A stretch of 62,619 nt of DNA, from NCBI GenBank assembly GCA_045125655.1, contig JBGVNP010000109.1:1-62619 (forward strand), in the 5' to 3' direction. The notes beneath the pieces are model-generated. The model searched no databases. It saw only the letters and a list, made by a program, of their open reading frames with translations, and was not told the origin of the DNA. This stretch comes from Eubacteriales bacterium (lineage in GTDB: Bacteria; Bacillota; Clostridia; Oscillospirales; CAG-272). Position 1 is the stretch's first letter; each line of letters opens with the position of its first letter. Below, piece by piece: positions 59,804 through 62,619 of this stretch. A program made the position numbers and the translations under genes.

Positions 59804-60745
59804 TCAACCAAGCAAAAATCCCAAAACAGCAAAAATAACTGTTGGACACAATATCAAAAACCATATGTATTTATCACAGCTCAGTTTGATATCTTTATTG
59901 TGTTTTTTTATTTTCCTCAAACCGTATATTGGAAAATGAATCACATCAAAAGATTCTGTGTCATTTTTATTTAATTGAACAACAAATGTAGCGTATGAAA
60001 AGCTTATTTTTCTCCTTGACATAACCCGCGGATGATAAATAATCTTTACAATGTCCTTTATGGATATTTCTCTATTTTCTAAAAACAGAGTATCTTCATT
60101 TATCACTCCCAAAATCTTGCCAAAAGTGAAACGATTAAAAATTGACAAAATGATAAAAGGACAAATGAATATACCGTACATCACAGCAATTACAGGCATT
60201 GCACCTGACATTTCCACAATAGTATTCCAAATATCAAAATTTCCTTTTCTCAACTCCTGCATTATTATCATTACAGGAATAGCAGGAAGAAATGCAAGCA
60301 TTATGTAAATATATGTATTGAAATATTGCCAACGAATCTTTTCTCCGCCTAATTCATCTAATGTCAGAGTTTGTTTCTTTGTGTTGTTTTTAAGCAGCTT
60401 CAAAAACAAAGGGAAATTTTCTTCCTGCGATTTTACTTTTAAGACCTTAGGAAATGCGCAAATAGTGTGTGGCTTGCCCTTTTCAAACAAAATATTAATC
60501 GTATATTCTTTTAATAATTTTGATTTTTTTATTTGAACAGACGCTATATTGAGCGGAATTCTCTTAGTATCCGTAACATTTTCGCCTGACAAACAGGCTA
60601 TTAAAAAGTGGGTTTCTGTAAGACCGAAATATGCGAACTGCTGAAAACCATTATATTTAATATATCCAAAAATAGGATGCATCAAGGTTTCACCATCTTG
60701 TAACATACCGGACAATGTTTCTATCATATGTTGATCATTTGCCAT
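59804..60745 (-). CDS. Hypothetical membrane protein: two soluble modules flanking a TM hairpin, plus a C-terminal TM helix
   Basis: 313-aa ORF with no recognisable catalytic motif. TM segments are YIYIMLAFLPAIPVMII, AMPVIAVMYGIFICPFIILSIF and WFLILCPTVIFAVLGFLL. The RBS is weak. Confidence 0.5.
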   Translation of the reverse strand: MANDQHMIETLSGMLQDGETLMHPIFGYIKYNGFQQFAYFGLTETHFLIACLSGENVTDTKRIPLNIASVQIKKSKLLKEYTINILFEKGKPHTICAFPKVLKVKSQEENFPLFLKLLKNNTKKQTLTLDELGGEKIRWQYFNTYIYIMLAFLPAIPVMIIMQELRKGNFDIWNTIVEMSGAMPVIAVMYGIFICPFIILSIFNRFTFGKILGVINEDTLFLENREISIKDIVKIIYHPRVMSRRKISFSYATFVVQLNKNDTESFDVIHFPIYGLRKIKKHNKDIKLSCDKYIWFLILCPTVIFAVLGFLLG

Positions 60746-60988
60746 TAAAACACCGCCTTTCTTTTTTATTATATCACAAAATCAGAATTTTTTCAAGATA
60801 TTTAGCTTTACACTCCTTCTTTGTAATTCGACTGTTATATATCGGGTGCTTGATTATACCATTTATTTCCATATGTCGTCAATACATTCGACAATCTTCG
60901 TCATCAAGAATCGTTCAACATTATTCGACAAGCTGTGCTTTGGCACTTGATTATATTCAGTTGTCAAGGATCAATTTTGTCTTTCTCG

Positions 60989-61050
60989 GAAAAAACAAAA
61001 AGCCGCTGATAAGCAGAGTCCTAAATTAAGAACTCTCACTTACCAGCGGC
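60989..61050 (-). terminator. Long-stem intrinsic terminator about 110 nt downstream of the zinc-ribbon gene
   Basis: Minus strand reads GCCGCTGGTAAG..AGAGT...ACTCT..CTTATCAGCGGC followed by TTTTTGTTTTTT. Confidence 0.6.
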
Positions 61051-61158
61051 TTCACATATATGTCTGGATCACCAACTGATGTTTCAAAGTATATGACCTG
61101 ATAAGGATTTAACGTGACATTGTTTCAGACCAACCTTACCGTCGTTATACCGTTTTAT

Positions 61159-61356
61159 TCAATTTAATGCAACCTGCCCGACCGGAGCATAAACATCTAT
61201 CTGCTCGTGCCGTCGGCTCTTTCTCTGTGATACGTATTTAACACCGCAACGGGGACATTCCACCTTAACCTTTCCGTCTGCGTTTCGGTATCCTACAACT
61301 TTTTCCGCGCAGTTTACGCAATACATAACTGCGGGCTTCCATTCTTGTGTTTGCAT
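61159..61356 (-). CDS. Small zinc-ribbon protein (2 x CxxC), Com-like
   Basis: 65 aa. YCVNCAEKVVGYRNADGKVKVECPRCGVKYV. AAGGAGGG RBS. Confidence 0.6.
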   Translation of the reverse strand: MQTQEWKPAVMYCVNCAEKVVGYRNADGKVKVECPRCGVKYVSQRKSRRHEQIDVYAPVGQVALN

Positions 61357-61383
61357 ATAAGTAATTTACCCTCCTTTTTAGGT

Positions 61384-61542
61384 ACAAGCGAGGGAGAACA
61401 TCATACTGCTAATACAGGCTGGGATCTCCTGCTGTGCGGTATGATCTCGCTTGTGTCTATCTTGAATCCGTAAGCCGGGGCTTTTGGTTTACGGATATCA
61501 ATACGTTTTAATGCTGCCAGCAAGGACTCCTTGCACTTGGCA
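61384..61542 (-). promoter_or_regulatory. Structured G+C-richer region directly upstream of the zinc-ribbon gene (three hairpins)
   Basis: Nested inverted repeat ACAAGCGAG/CTCGCTTGT plus ATCATAC/GTATGAT (61384-61454). Hairpin ATCCGTAA/TTACGGAT (61466-61496). Hairpin TGCCA..GCAAGG/CCTTGC..TGGCA (61515-61542). Confidence 0.45.
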
Positions 61543-61547
61543 ATCAT
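61401..61547 (-). other. 48-codon ORF coextensive with the structured region (coding status uncertain)
   Basis: ATG at 61547 to TGA at 61401 encodes MIAKCKESLLAALKRIDIRKPKAPAYGFKIDTSEIIPHSRRSQPVLAV. No convincing RBS. It lies in frame with an upstream open stretch that ends in TAA. Confidence 0.2.
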
Positions 61548-61659
61548 CCACAATTAATATGCTTCTTTTATTTTCTGCACGAACTCGTCAAACTGCTCGC
61601 ACACCTCACACGGTCGGAGGATGCGAACCTTCCCTCTTGAGCCTACCACACAAGAATAC

Positions 61660-61914
61660 TCACGGTGTTGATATTGAAGTCAAAATAGATAAAGAAATAT
61701 CCCCACGCGGCTCTACCAATTCCCGTATATAATTTTTGATAAACACATTTGTAGTAGTACTTTGAAGACGATGCTTGAGTTCGATTGCCTCTTTTTCATC
61801 TTCATTTATAATCAAAATATTATTCTTCATATGCTCGCCCATACGCCAATCGGCATTGGTTTCACCTTGCATTGTAAAACCAATGCCATCATTTTTATTT
61901 GCCGTAAACAGCAA
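61660..61914 (-). CDS. Hypothetical ORF, possibly a gene remnant; start uncertain (61914, 61872, 61842 or 61830)
   Basis: 84-aa track ORF overlapping the nadE stop. No strong RBS and no family recognised. Confidence 0.25.
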   Translation of the reverse strand: MLFTANKNDGIGFTMQGETNADWRMGEHMKNNILIINEDEKEAIELKHRLQSTTTNVFIKNYIRELVEPRGDISLSILTSISTP

Positions 61915-62619
61915 TTTCCTTTCTTTTATGCTCGCTTTGATGATGAAGCTTATCTATGAGTTTTCTTTTTTCACTTGGAATTTCTTTGCCGCAAAGAAAC
62001 GCATCAAGTTCGGCGTAAGTCACACCCATTTCGCCCTCGTCGGTCTGACCGTCAAAAAGTGCCGCTGACGGAGCCTTTTCTATGATTTGTTTGGGAGCGT
62101 TCAGGTGGCGGAGAAATTCATAGATCTCGGTTACGGTCAGATCAGCGATCGGATTGAAGTCGTGCGCCCCATCCCCCCACTTGGTAAAGTATCCAACGTA
62201 TGCTTCGCTACGGTTGCCCGTACCTGCCACAAGTCTGCCTTCGCTTGCGGCGATAGCATAGAGTGTCAGCATACGGAGCCGGGGAGCCATATTCGCAAGC
62301 GCGGCAATGCTTGGGGTTGTTACACCCTCCAATGCTTGCAGCTCCGCTTCCTTTATGGGTGTCAGATCGACGGTTCTCGTTTCGATACCGTAATGCTCGG
62401 CTACTGACATTGCATCTACGGTATCCTCATCATAGTTGCGCTTGGACGTACACGGCATAATGATTCCGATTGTATTATCACAAGCGGCTTTGCAAAGGAT
62501 GCCGACAAGTGCGGAGTCCTTACCGCCGCTATTGCCATAGACGATACCCTTTGCTCCGCTTTCCGCAAGAACCGATTTTATAAATTCAACTCTTTTTTCA
62601 AATTCGATCTTATAATCTC
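61895..62619 (-). CDS. nadE: NH3-dependent NAD+ synthetase (5' end cut by the window edge)
   Basis: The frame is open to position 62619. PP-loop YGNSGGKDS, then GTGNRSE, GYFTKWGDG and PSAALFDGQTDEGEMG. Confidence 0.9.
   Translation of the reverse strand, partial: DYKIEFEKRVEFIKSVLAESGAKGIVYGNSGGKDSALVGILCKAACDNTIGIIMPCTSKRNYDEDTVDAMSVAEHYGIETRTVDLTPIKEAELQALEGVTTPSIAALANMAPRLRMLTLYAIAASEGRLVAGTGNRSEAYVGYFTKWGDGAHDFNPIADLTVTEIYEFLRHLNAPKQIIEKAPSAALFDGQTDEGEMGVTYAELDAFLCGKEIPSEKRKLIDKLHHQSEHKRKEIAVYGK

Noticed and set aside
60715-61029. 104-aa plus-strand ORF in the intergenic region
   Set aside because: The product is hydrophobic low-complexity sequence. The ORF overlaps the start of the opposite-strand gene and the repeat/promoter modules, and it has no RBS.
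61159-61356. Assignment of the small zinc-ribbon protein to the 'cysteine-rich KTR' family
   Set aside because: The protein lacks the K-T-R motif after the first CxxC. Only the generic two-CxxC ribbon is shared, so it is described as Com-like instead.

Overview
This is a low-GC chromosomal window from an endospore-forming, Clostridia-type Firmicute. The assignment rests on a complete spoIIIAA-AH operon, ylmC/ymxH, a RicA/YmcA homologue, and Firmicute-style RBS and sigma-A promoters. I support about 62 protein genes and one tRNA-Trp. I see no rRNA, CRISPR array, transposase, integrase or prophage. Most genes are housekeeping and sit in long co-directional strings: ribF, uvrB-uvrA, miaB-ricA-mutS-mutL-tgt-glyQS, obg-der, ppdK, rpsB-tsf, spoIIIA, glpK, ppa, topB, and nadE (cut by the right edge). 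Intrinsic terminators and near-consensus -35/-10 promoters delimit the transcription units unusually clearly and let me correct several ORF-track starts. Eight accessory or unusual pockets deserve a second look. (1) An insulated stand-alone NERD-domain gene next to tRNA-Trp. (2) A two-gene G3E/COG0523 metallochaperone module with a triplicated His/Asp/Cys cassette and a Fur-family-like palindrome in its promoter. (3) A MazF toxin gene with no antitoxin ORF. (4) An sdpR-sdpI-CPBP immunity-like operon with no toxin genes; a small, well-signalled 58-aa ORF converges on it, and it diverges from a GPH-transporter plus CrtI-like flavoenzyme pair. (5) A truncated glucuronate-isomerase homologue lacking the metal-binding HxH motif. 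(6) A LytTR/DUF3021 regulatory pair embedded in an ABC-2 exporter operon. (7) A Com-like zinc-ribbon gene preceded by a G+C-richer, strongly structured region. (8) Broken reading frames between that structured region and nadE. I cannot name a single clearly novel multi-gene system. Pockets 4 and 7 are the best candidates. All family assignments come from motif recognition by eye, not database searches.
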